A stretch of DNA of 37,926 bases, from positions 1 to 37,926 of the IMG/VR virus record IMGVR_UViG_3300043442_000982; one strand, given 5' to 3'. The notes below the pieces were generated by a model. It did no database searches. It saw only the letters and a program-made list of their open reading frames with translations, and was not told the origin of the DNA. Position 1 is the first letter of the stretch. Each line of letters opens with the position of its first letter. The translations under genes and the position numbers were made by a program. Of this stretch, positions 1 through 8,800 are shown piece after piece. The DNA comes from a virus. Lineage: Duplodnaviria > Caudoviricetes.

Positions 1-1085
1 TGTGGGCCAACGCCAGCAACAACTCCGGCCTCTACATCGGCAGTAACTACTACTACGCCGCTGACGGGAACCGGAAGTATCTCGTCAACGGTGCCGCTAC
101 CGAGCTTGGGCTGTCGAGCAACGGTGGCATCTTTGTCGGCATTGCCGCCTCTGGCACGGCAGGAAACAACGTCACGTTCACGCAGGCGATGACGCTGGAT
201 GCGAGTGGGCGGTTAGGTATTGGCGCATCGGCTACCAGCCCCGGTCAGTTGCTTACGCTTCGTCCCGCGTCTGGCAACTTCTACACCAGCTTTGTTGGTG
301 ATGCGTCGGCGCTGATGGGCTTGTTGTTTGGTACGTCCGGCAATACGGTGGATGGGCAGCTTACCTATAGCAATTCAACGCAGGTGATGTCGTTTGTCAC
401 CGCCACCGCCGAACGCGCACGCATCACGAGCGGGGGGTATTTCAAGGCGTCGAACGATGGGACGTATCTTGATGCAACGGCGTCGTACCACGAAATCCGT
501 CAAACGACGAATAGCAACAGCGTCATCATTTCATCGTCAAATGCGTCATTTACTGCTGATGTTTTGCAGGCCAGAGCATCTCGCAATACAACTAATAACA
601 CGTTTTATGCCATCACCTATTTCAATGATGGCGCTGCGGCATATAAGTTCCGCGTGGCTGATTCCGGTGATGTCACCAACACGAACGGCACCTACGGCAC
701 CATTTCGGACGCCAAGCTGAAGCACAACATCACGGATGCGCCTTCGCAATGGGATGACCTGAAGGCGATTCGGTTCCGCAAGTATCAGATGATTGATGAC
801 CCGAGCCAGCGCACGATGTTGGGTGTCGTAGCGCAAGAGCTTGAACTGGTGTCACCCGGACTGGTTGAGGAACATGCTGACACCGAGCGGGTGGAAGTGC
901 CGGTGCTGGACGAGGATGGCAACGAGACGGGCGAGACCACGACCGAGACCCGCCCGACCGGAACCGTCACCAAGTCCGTCAAGACTTCGGTGTTGCTGAT
1001 GAAGGCGGCGGTGGCGCTTCAGGAAGCGATGGCCCGTATCGAGGCGCTGGAAGTCGAAGTCGCCGCGCTGAAGGCTGGCGCGTGA
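1..1085 (+). CDS. Tail fibre/spike protein, C-terminal part with peptidase S74-type intramolecular chaperone (5' partial)
   Basis: The frame is open from position 3 (WANASNNSGLYIG...) through the 189..1085 ORF. It has fibre-type repeats (MTLDASGRLGIG, ERARITSGG) and the S74 pattern ISDAKLKHNI...GVVAQELELVSPGLV...LQEAMARIEALE. Confidence 0.85.
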   Translation, partial: WANASNNSGLYIGSNYYYAADGNRKYLVNGAATELGLSSNGGIFVGIAASGTAGNNVTFTQAMTLDASGRLGIGASATSPGQLLTLRPASGNFYTSFVGDASALMGLLFGTSGNTVDGQLTYSNSTQVMSFVTATAERARITSGGYFKASNDGTYLDATASYHEIRQTTNSNSVIISSSNASFTADVLQARASRNTTNNTFYAITYFNDGAAAYKFRVADSGDVTNTNGTYGTISDAKLKHNITDAPSQWDDLKAIRFRKYQMIDDPSQRTMLGVVAQELELVSPGLVEEHADTERVEVPVLDEDGNETGETTTETRPTGTVTKSVKTSVLLMKAAVALQEAMARIEALEVEVAALKAGA

Positions 1086-1483
1086 TAGACTGGCTTCGCG
1101 GCATCGGGCGGCAACTGCTCCGAGCCTTCGGGCTGGGCAAGCCAAACCCGCCCCTCAACTGGGGACAGACCGTGTTCCCCGTTGAGGACCGCTCGAAGCT
1201 CGACGCCCTCTGGGTCGCCCAGCACGCCATCGTGGTGTCCAAAGGCGGCACCCCGAGGTACGCCAGCCCCGAAGGTCTGCGCTACGGGGTCTACCAGTAC
1301 GACCGCTTCCCCGACGGCTCGACGCATTGGGGCAAGTATTGGGGCCATAGCCGCGTGATTGTGGTCCTGAAGGGCCACGAACACAACGCCAAGCTCTGGT
1401 CGCACGAGTGCCGACATGATGTGCTGGGGACGGAAGCGCACCCGGCGGAATGGTTCAACGGATCGTCACTGGAGATGCCATAA
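1082..1483 (+). CDS. Hypothetical protein with HExxH motif (possible zinc metallopeptidase)
   Basis: GTGA overlap with the fibre stop; contains WSHECRHD. Confidence 0.6.
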   Translation: MIDWLRGIGRQLLRAFGLGKPNPPLNWGQTVFPVEDRSKLDALWVAQHAIVVSKGGTPRYASPEGLRYGVYQYDRFPDGSTHWGKYWGHSRVIVVLKGHEHNAKLWSHECRHDVLGTEAHPAEWFNGSSLEMP

Positions 1484-1654
1484 ATGCCGCGAAACATGAG
1501 CGAGTTCTGGGAGAAGCCGAACCCGAAGGAGAAGTCTGAGAAGCTGACGCCCGCCCAGAAGGCAAAGGCCAAGGCGCGGGCTGAGGCCGCGGGTCGGAAG
1601 TACCCGAATCTGGTCGATAATGCGTGGGCCGCCAACTCAAAGAAGGGGAAATAG
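1484..1654 (+). CDS. Small basic phage protein (56 aa, not in ORF track)
   Basis: ATG follows directly after the previous TAA. Translation: MPRNMSEFWEKPNPKEKSEKLTPAQKAKAKARAEAAGRKYPNLVDNAWAANSKKGK. Confidence 0.7.
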   Translation: MPRNMSEFWEKPNPKEKSEKLTPAQKAKAKARAEAAGRKYPNLVDNAWAANSKKGK

Positions 1655-1656
1655 CG

Positions 1657-1845
1657 ATGCCGATCAAGTCGATGGCGCAACTCCGGGCGATGTACGCCGC
1701 GGCCGAGGGCCGTGGGGAGTCAGAGATCCCCAAGAAGGTGGCCAAGAAGTTCATCAAGGAAACTCCCAAGAAGTCAATCAAGGACCTGCCGGAGCGGGTC
1801 CGGAATACGGGCAGTTACAGCGGGTCCGCGGCCCAGCAAGGCTGA
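1657..1845 (+). CDS. Small basic phage protein
   Basis: MPIKSMAQLRAMYAAAEGRG...; AAGGGG SD upstream; tight packing with neighbours. Confidence 0.7.
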   Translation: MPIKSMAQLRAMYAAAEGRGESEIPKKVAKKFIKETPKKSIKDLPERVRNTGSYSGSAAQQG

Positions 1846-1892
1846 CCCCGACACGTTATATTCACCCCCAGCAGACACCACGAGAGACTCCA

Positions 1893-2960
1893 ATGGCGAG
1901 CTTGACGAGCAGATTAGCAGGATGGGCGGCCGGACGGCTGAAGGGCGAGAAGGCCCGCAAGAAAACGATGGAGTTCATCGACGAGACGGGCGTCGGCAAG
2001 TTGCTCAGTCTGGCTGGGGACGCCGCGATCCTCGGGGGTGCTGGCAAGGTGGCAGGGGCCGGAGCTCGGGCGATTGGGGCGAAGCTCGGGATTGGGGGGG
2101 CAACCCCGATGGCATCCGGCGACATTGCGGCGAAAAAGGGATTTCTGGGTTTTGGCAAGCGGCCGCAGATGACACCGACCTTTGACCCCGCCGGGAACAT
2201 CACGGGATATACGCCTGTCGTTGACCCAGCCGCATCACTGGCAAGGGCGCGGAGTATGACGCCACCCGGAATGCCCATTAGCGACGCGGCGCGGAACGAC
2301 GCGCTGAGAGCGGCGTTGGACAAGGCCAACGTCGGCATTGAGCAAAACATTTCCCGCGCCGTTGGGCAGGGTCCGAACGTTATGGCTGGGAAGCTGGCTT
2401 ACACGCCAATTCCCGGGGCCAGCGCTACGTCACGCCTGACCGCGGACGCGATGACCCGTCTTGCCGGGATGGGACCACAGTCACCCATTAACACGGAAGC
2501 CATCGGACGCTTTGTATCCCGAGCGCCTGACATCGGAAATGTCGGGGCGATTCCTAATGTGCCGGGGATGGACCTTGGCCGTATGGCTCGCGATGTCAAT
2601 TTCCGTGGCATCGGCGATATGGTGCAGAGGGGTGCGGCAGACTACATCGGACAGCCTAGAACGATGGCCGAGCGGCTGGCCGGAGCGGCTGGCCGGGTTG
2701 GCGGCGCGGTGCGCGGGGTCGGATCCTACCTTGCTCGGAAGCCCGAGGTGGCGGGGCAGGCCCTGACCGCTTACACCACCGCCCGGCAGGGCGCGGCGAA
2801 CCGCCAGATCCAGCGCGAGCAACTCGCCCAGCGCGAGAGCGAGTTCGAGCGGGAGTACGGCCTGCGGAAGGGACAGGACGAGCGTGAGCTCGAGCGTCAG
2901 CGCCGGATCGCCCAGATGCTGGCCCCGCTGTTTCAGCGGATCTCCGGAGGGCAGGGCTAA
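1893..2960 (+). CDS. Putative internal virion/ejection protein
   Basis: Ala/Gly-rich ORF with a C-terminal coiled-coil, located in the podovirus ejection-protein block. Start chosen at MASLTS. Confidence 0.6.
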   Translation: MASLTSRLAGWAAGRLKGEKARKKTMEFIDETGVGKLLSLAGDAAILGGAGKVAGAGARAIGAKLGIGGATPMASGDIAAKKGFLGFGKRPQMTPTFDPAGNITGYTPVVDPAASLARARSMTPPGMPISDAARNDALRAALDKANVGIEQNISRAVGQGPNVMAGKLAYTPIPGASATSRLTADAMTRLAGMGPQSPINTEAIGRFVSRAPDIGNVGAIPNVPGMDLGRMARDVNFRGIGDMVQRGAADYIGQPRTMAERLAGAAGRVGGAVRGVGSYLARKPEVAGQALTAYTTARQGAANRQIQREQLAQRESEFEREYGLRKGQDERELERQRRIAQMLAPLFQRISGGQG

Positions 2961-5038
2961 TGGCAGACTATAGCTCCCTCTTTGGCGGGGCGTACAAGAA
3001 GCCCAGCGGAATGCAGGGCGACGAGGAGCAACAGCGTCGCCAAATGCAACAACCGCAACAGCCGATGCAACAAATGCAACAGGCTCCGCAACAGCGGACC
3101 TTTGCCCAGATGCAACAGCAGGGGCAAGCCCGTCCGGCTCCCCCGCCCCCAGCGGCTCCCCCGCCGTCGGCCCCGCAGACCCCGCAATACCAGCAGTCGC
3201 AGGTCGGCCAGCAGGCCGTGGGGATGTTGCAACAGCAGGCCCAGCAGTTGATGGCCCAGCCGACCCGCTTTGAGGCTCCGCAATTTCAGCAGATCCGGCA
3301 GGCGCAGGCGGCCAACCTACAGGCCGAGTACCAAGCCGAGCAACAGCGCCTGAACGAGGACTTGGCCCGTCGCGGGCTCTCGGCCTCCTCGATCGGCGGT
3401 GGGCGGATGGGCGATCTGGCGGGCCAGCAGGCCCGGGCGCTGGCGTCCTTGGATGCCCAGCTCCTCCAGCAGGCCGCGCAGACCCAGATGCAGGATCGCC
3501 TCGCCGCGGCCGGGCTGACCCAGCAACTGGCCCAGACGGCCGAGGGGCAGAACCTTGCGGCCTACCAAGCGAACCTCGCTGGACAGGGCCAAGGCTTTGG
3601 CCAGCAGATGCAGGCCGCCCAGATGGGCGAGCAACAGCGGCAGTTTGACATCCAGCAGGCCCTGCAGGAGCGGCTCGGGCTGGGTGGCCTTGGGGTCCAG
3701 CAACAAGAGCTGGCCCAACGCGCCCAGCAGTTCGGGCAGTCGCTGGCCGAGCAACAGGCGGCCCGTCTCCAGCAGGGGACGCAGGCCGAGCGCGAGCTGG
3801 CCCTCCGGCAGACCTTGGGGCTGGGTGAGCTCACCGGGCAGGTCGGCACCCAAGAGACGCTGGCCGCTCGGCAACTGGCCCAACAGGCCGCGCAGGCGGA
3901 GGCCCAGCGGAAGTTTGAGGCCGAGCAGGCGGGCCTCCAGCGTCAGTTCGCTGGCGGCGAGTCGCAAGCCGAGCGCGATCTCCGCGAGCGCTTGATGGCG
4001 CAGGGCCAGACCTTTGAGGCGGCGCAGGCGGAAGCCCAACGGCAGTTCGCGGGTGGGGAGTCTGCCCTCGAGCGCTCACTCCGTGAGCGCCTGCAGACCG
4101 GGCAGATTACGGCCCAAGAGGCTCAGCAAGAGCGGGACATCGCGGCCCGGCAGGCCCTCCAGACCGAACAGATCACCGCGCAGGCGGGTGAGAGTGCGCT
4201 TGAGCGGGCCTTGCGGGAGCGTCTCCAGACCGGAGCGCAGACGTTTGAGGCCGCCCAAGCCGAGGCCCAGCGTGGCTTCGCGGGCGCGGAATCCGCGCTC
4301 GAGCGGTCGCTTCGGGAACGGCTCCAAACGGGCCAGATCACCGCGCAGGAAGCCCAGCAGGAGCGGGATATTGCGGCACGGCAAGCCTTGCAGACGGCCC
4401 AGTTTGGGCAGGAGACGGAGCAGGCTCGCCTTCAGCGTGAGTTTGCCGGGGGTGAGTCCGCCCTTGAGCGGGCGCTTCGCCAGACCCTGCAAACCGGGGC
4501 GCAGACCTTCGAGACGGAACAGCAACGGCTCCAGCGCGAGTTCGCTGGCGGCCAGAGCGAGCTTGAGCGGGCGCTCCGCGAGCGCCTGCAGGGCCAGCAG
4601 ATCACCGAGTCGCAGGCGGACCGCGCCCTGCGCCAACGGCTGGCGGAGGCCGAGCTCTCGGGGACGTATGGCGGGCAACAGACGCTGGCGGCCCAGCAGT
4701 TCGCGGCCCAACAGCAGGCCCAGCAGAACCAGCTCTTGGTCCAGCTCGCTGGGCTAATGGCGGGTGGCGACCCGGCGCTCCTGCAGAGCGTCCTCGGTCG
4801 CTTCGGGATCGGCACGGGTACCCCAGTGACGAATGCCGCGGCTCCGGCGACGGCTCCGACCCCGGTGCAGGTACCTGCCCCGACGATCCCCCCGCAGACC
4901 CCGGCGTATGCCCCGAACGCGCCGACCATCGCGCCGACGGGCGAAACCGCACCGACGGGCTTGAGCCCGCAGGCGCTGGCCCAGCTTTCGATCCTCCAGC
5001 AGATGTCGTTTAATCCCTACAGCTTTTACGGGGCATAA
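2960..5038 (+). CDS. Gln-rich repetitive ejection/DNA-pilot-like protein
   Basis: 692 aa, very Q/A/E/R-rich, with ESALER repeats; contains LARRGLSASSIGG; TAATG coupling to the upstream gene. Confidence 0.7.
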   Translation: MADYSSLFGGAYKKPSGMQGDEEQQRRQMQQPQQPMQQMQQAPQQRTFAQMQQQGQARPAPPPPAAPPPSAPQTPQYQQSQVGQQAVGMLQQQAQQLMAQPTRFEAPQFQQIRQAQAANLQAEYQAEQQRLNEDLARRGLSASSIGGGRMGDLAGQQARALASLDAQLLQQAAQTQMQDRLAAAGLTQQLAQTAEGQNLAAYQANLAGQGQGFGQQMQAAQMGEQQRQFDIQQALQERLGLGGLGVQQQELAQRAQQFGQSLAEQQAARLQQGTQAERELALRQTLGLGELTGQVGTQETLAARQLAQQAAQAEAQRKFEAEQAGLQRQFAGGESQAERDLRERLMAQGQTFEAAQAEAQRQFAGGESALERSLRERLQTGQITAQEAQQERDIAARQALQTEQITAQAGESALERALRERLQTGAQTFEAAQAEAQRGFAGAESALERSLRERLQTGQITAQEAQQERDIAARQALQTAQFGQETEQARLQREFAGGESALERALRQTLQTGAQTFETEQQRLQREFAGGQSELERALRERLQGQQITESQADRALRQRLAEAELSGTYGGQQTLAAQQFAAQQQAQQNQLLVQLAGLMAGGDPALLQSVLGRFGIGTGTPVTNAAAPATAPTPVQVPAPTIPPQTPAYAPNAPTIAPTGETAPTGLSPQALAQLSILQQMSFNPYSFYGA
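3900..4650 (+). repeat. Intragenic coding repeats with 11-aa periodicity
   Basis: ES(A/Q)(L/A)ER units are spaced 33, 44, 33, 55 and 33 aa apart; QTFE units start at 4007, 4238 and 4502. Confidence 0.85.
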
Positions 5039-5040
5039 GT

Positions 5041-5886
5041 ATGGCGAATGGTGAATGGCTGACCCAACTGCTCTCCGGCCTCGGCGGCGCGTTTACGGGC
5101 GAGGTCGCGGCCCGCTCGCGGATCGCTGAGGAGCAGGAGGCCCAGCGGAAACGCGACGAAGCGGAGCGCCTGAAGGAGCAGGAGCGCTCGCTGAGTGAGC
5201 TCCGGAGAGGCCTGCTCCAGAGTTTCTCTCCAGAGAACGCTAGAGCCGCGGCCGCGAAGGGATTACCAACCGCAGAAGTGGCGGCCATCATGCGGATGAA
5301 CGAGCCGACCAAAACAGAGCCAAAGATCACTGAACGGCGCGAGAATGGCGGCATCGCCATCTACGAGGACGGCAACTTCAAGTCGTGGAAGATTCGTCCA
5401 CCTGCTGAACGTGAGGGGCCGTCTGCGCTCCAGCTTGCTAATGTGGCGCGAGGGGATGTTCGTGCGGCGCGAAGTGAACTTCGTGGGGCGGAGGCGCTAT
5501 ACGGAAGCACGATGGCGCGAGCTCCCAAGCAGAGCCAATTCCTTACACCGCTTGATGAGCCGGACACTCTGCAATATCGGCTGGCGCGTGAGTCGTGGCG
5601 CCCAGAGTCAATTTATGCCGCACAGCGACGGGCAGGGGCACAACAGGATGTCGAGGAGGCGGAGCAAGAGTTTCGTCGCGTGACGGGCCAAGCGGCTCCT
5701 GCGGGTGCGCCTGTGGTAGGCGCTGGCGCTCCCGTGCGGGCCTCGGCCGCGTTCCAGCAACAGATCGCGAATGACTTGCGCGACAAAATTGCGGAGATTG
5801 TTCGTGATCCAAGCATGAGCCCAGCACAGAAGCAGGCTATGATCCAACGTGCCAGTGAGCAGGCCGCCGCCTTCCTTCGCCAATAA
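5041..5886 (+). CDS. Putative ejection/internal virion protein
   Basis: N-terminal LLSGLGGAFTG followed by coiled-coil; lies between two other ejection-type genes. Confidence 0.6.
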   Translation: MANGEWLTQLLSGLGGAFTGEVAARSRIAEEQEAQRKRDEAERLKEQERSLSELRRGLLQSFSPENARAAAAKGLPTAEVAAIMRMNEPTKTEPKITERRENGGIAIYEDGNFKSWKIRPPAEREGPSALQLANVARGDVRAARSELRGAEALYGSTMARAPKQSQFLTPLDEPDTLQYRLARESWRPESIYAAQRRAGAQQDVEEAEQEFRRVTGQAAPAGAPVVGAGAPVRASAAFQQQIANDLRDKIAEIVRDPSMSPAQKQAMIQRASEQAAAFLRQ

Positions 5887-5891
5887 TCGCA

Positions 5892-8800
5892 ATGACCGCT
5901 CCCGGTAATTTGTTTGACAACATCTACAAGTCGCCGACGCAACGTTCGACGACGGGTAACCTGTTCGATAACATCTACATCTCGGAGGAGGAGCGGAAAC
6001 GCCGCGAGGCGGAAGAGGCGCGTCGGCAAGAGCTGTTCCGCGGGGCCGGGGCTTCTGGCACCTTTGAGGAGCCGACGCTTAGCGACCGAGCCAAGCGGAT
6101 AGGTGAGCAGGCCAAGCGGCTCGGCAGTATCCTCGAGACCCGCACGACCGCTGGCGCGACGGATCTTGCCGCGAATCTGGCAGGGTTAGCGCGTCGCGTT
6201 CGGGTGCCGGGCGCGGCAACTGCGGAGACAATGTTGCGTGGGACCGCCCTCCAACAACGCCAGCAGATTCAGCCAGAGACGGCCACTGAAGCGCTGGCCG
6301 CACTAGCTGGCGAGAGTGTTGCCCCAGTCGCTTCGGCGTATGCGACGGGTGGGTTTCTTACGTCGATCGGTCGTGGAGCTGGGCCACTGGCCTCTGCGGC
6401 CCGGGCGATCGCCGGACCAGAAAAGCTCACGGGCTCGATGCTCCAGCGAACGGGGCAGGTCCTTCGGCGTGGGGTGGGTGGCACTGCAGTAGCGGCCCCA
6501 CTGGTTACGGTACCGGGGGCGATTGCGGGTGGCCAGCAGTCCACGACGGCCAGCCTCTCGCAGATGCTGGATGCGCTGGCCCAGCGTCCCCGGACGGAGC
6601 TTGCGCCGGATGCGGGCATTCTTGAGCGGACAGGCCGAGCGGTTGGCGAGGCCGTCGAAGAGCCAGCACGAGAAGCCTTAGGCGCGTTGTCCAAGACGGC
6701 CGGGGGCCGTGTTGTGGGCGATCTGCTCACGGATTTCTTCTTTGGCACCGTGCCAGAGATCGGGTTCCGTGGCGGCCGGATGGCTGTTCGCGAAGGAACC
6801 GCCGCCACCCGCCGTGGCGCGACCAAGGTGTCGGATCTCATTGCGGATCGCCTGAAGCTACGGCAACCGCCGACCGAGGACGCCGCCGAAGCCGCGGCCC
6901 GGAAGCTGGCTGAGCAGGAGGCAGAGGCCGCGGCCGCCAAGGCGGCTGAGGAACAGGCCCGCCGTGAGGCCCAGCGGGCCGCTGAAGAGCGTCTGATGGC
7001 CGAGCCCCCATCCGCTATCAGTCAGGCAATGCGGGGCTTCCAGCGCGAAATGCAGGGCTACGGGCCACGGGCGCTCGAGATCCCGGCGCGTGAGGTGCCG
7101 CAGGCTCCCTCCGTCAGGCAGGCGATCGAGGAGATGCGGGCTCCATTTGTGGGGCAGGCCCGGGCTGAGCGGGAGATCGCGGAGAACGCGGCCCGGCTCG
7201 AGGCGGAGCGGGAAGCCTATCGGCAAACCGTGCGCGAGACCCGTGAGGGCCAGTTGGCGGGGCTCGGACGGCAGGCGATGGCGGCAGAGCAGGCGGCCGC
7301 GGATCAACTGGTGGCTCCGACCACCATCCAGCAACGGGCGCTCGAGGCGCTTCGCTCTCCGCGTGGGCGGGCGGCGCTGGCCGGGGTCGCGCAGGCAGGG
7401 ATCGGAGCGGGGGTTGGGATGGGCCTCGGCGAGACCCCGGAGGAGAAGGCGTTCCTCGCAATGACGCTGGCTGGGGTACCTGCCGCTGGTCGGGACCTTC
7501 CGCCGTCGGCGTTGCCGACGATCCCGCAAGAGGTCCGGTCGGTGGGTCGCTTTGGGTTCGTCCGAACGCCCGAGACCTATGTGCTCGATGAGGTGCTCGA
7601 GCGTGAGCACGTTAACAATGTCCTCCGGCTTACGGAGCCGCGGCTGGCCGGACGTGGCGCGAAGCCGACCGAAGTCGCTGGCGGGACGGGACTCTTTGGC
7701 GGGGAGGCGTCGCCGAATGCGCTGTACCGCTTCGATGAGGCGGTGGATGACGACGCGATTCGCCAGACGGCGGCGATCCGCGGCTTGGCGTATGGGCAAG
7801 ATCAACAGCTCTGGTATCGTCGTTCTGTCGATACCGATCTCCCGGAGAACAAAACGAAGTCAATCGTGGTCACGGGACCTGCTGGTGCGCCGCTCAGCGA
7901 GCAGGCGATCGCCGATGTAATCAGCAGAGTGCGTCAGGACGATGTGCTGGGGACCTATGGGGGCGCGACGCGAGACGGCGACCACCTAATGTTCCTCAAT
8001 CTCAAGCGTTATACCGGGATGGACGACGATGAGTTCCAGCGGCGGGTTATGCAGGGACTTGCGGATGTCGGGCAACAGCACGACATTAAGCCATTCAACT
8101 CCACCTTCTACGCGGAACACCTTGATGGCACTCCTGCCTATCTCAGAACTCTCGGACGATATCCCGACGCCCTTCGTGCGGCCCGGGATGCTATCGTGGA
8201 CGCGGCCCCAGAATACCGCCGCTACGCCGAGCGCATCGGAGCCGATGTCGCAGAAGTCGATGCCCGTGTCGCCGAGCGACTCGACGGCCTCGACCGACTC
8301 CTCCGACAGGTAGAGAGCCCGCCCCCACTGGGGCGGACGCAGGGCGCGATCCCACTCAAGGACGCGGCCCAGACGGTCTACACCAGATTCCCGCGGATTC
8401 TTGGCACGAAGCCAGAGCGCGTCGTGCCAGAGATGGTCTCGCGCCTAGACACGATGGTCAACGATCTCGTGGATCAAGGCGTGATTCCGCGGGAGATGGC
8501 GCAGGACTGGTATCGTGGGGCGACCCTTGACCAGCGGGCCATTGCGCGGCTGGCCCTGCCAGAGCTCCGCGAAGACCCGAAGTACACGCTCTACACCGTG
8601 GTCAACTCTATCCTGTCCTCTGGGCAGGAGGTGCCAGTCGAGACCCGGCAAGGGCTCAATGTCTTCAACCAGTACCTCAGGACTGGCCGCTTCTCGGTGC
8701 TTGATCCTGAGTCGGTGCAGTACAAGCAGGCGCTGACAGGCGGCAAGAAGGGACTTACTGGCGAGCGCGGGGAAGGAGTGCTGGGCGAGCGGATGGCCGC

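Noticed and set aside
1-1085. Diversity-generating retroelement targeting the tail fibre
   Set aside because: No reverse transcriptase and no template/variable repeat pair is visible.
1620-1892. N-terminal extension of the 446-aa ORF
   Set aside because: The region is better explained by two small genes (1484-1654, 1657-1845); the start was moved to 1893.
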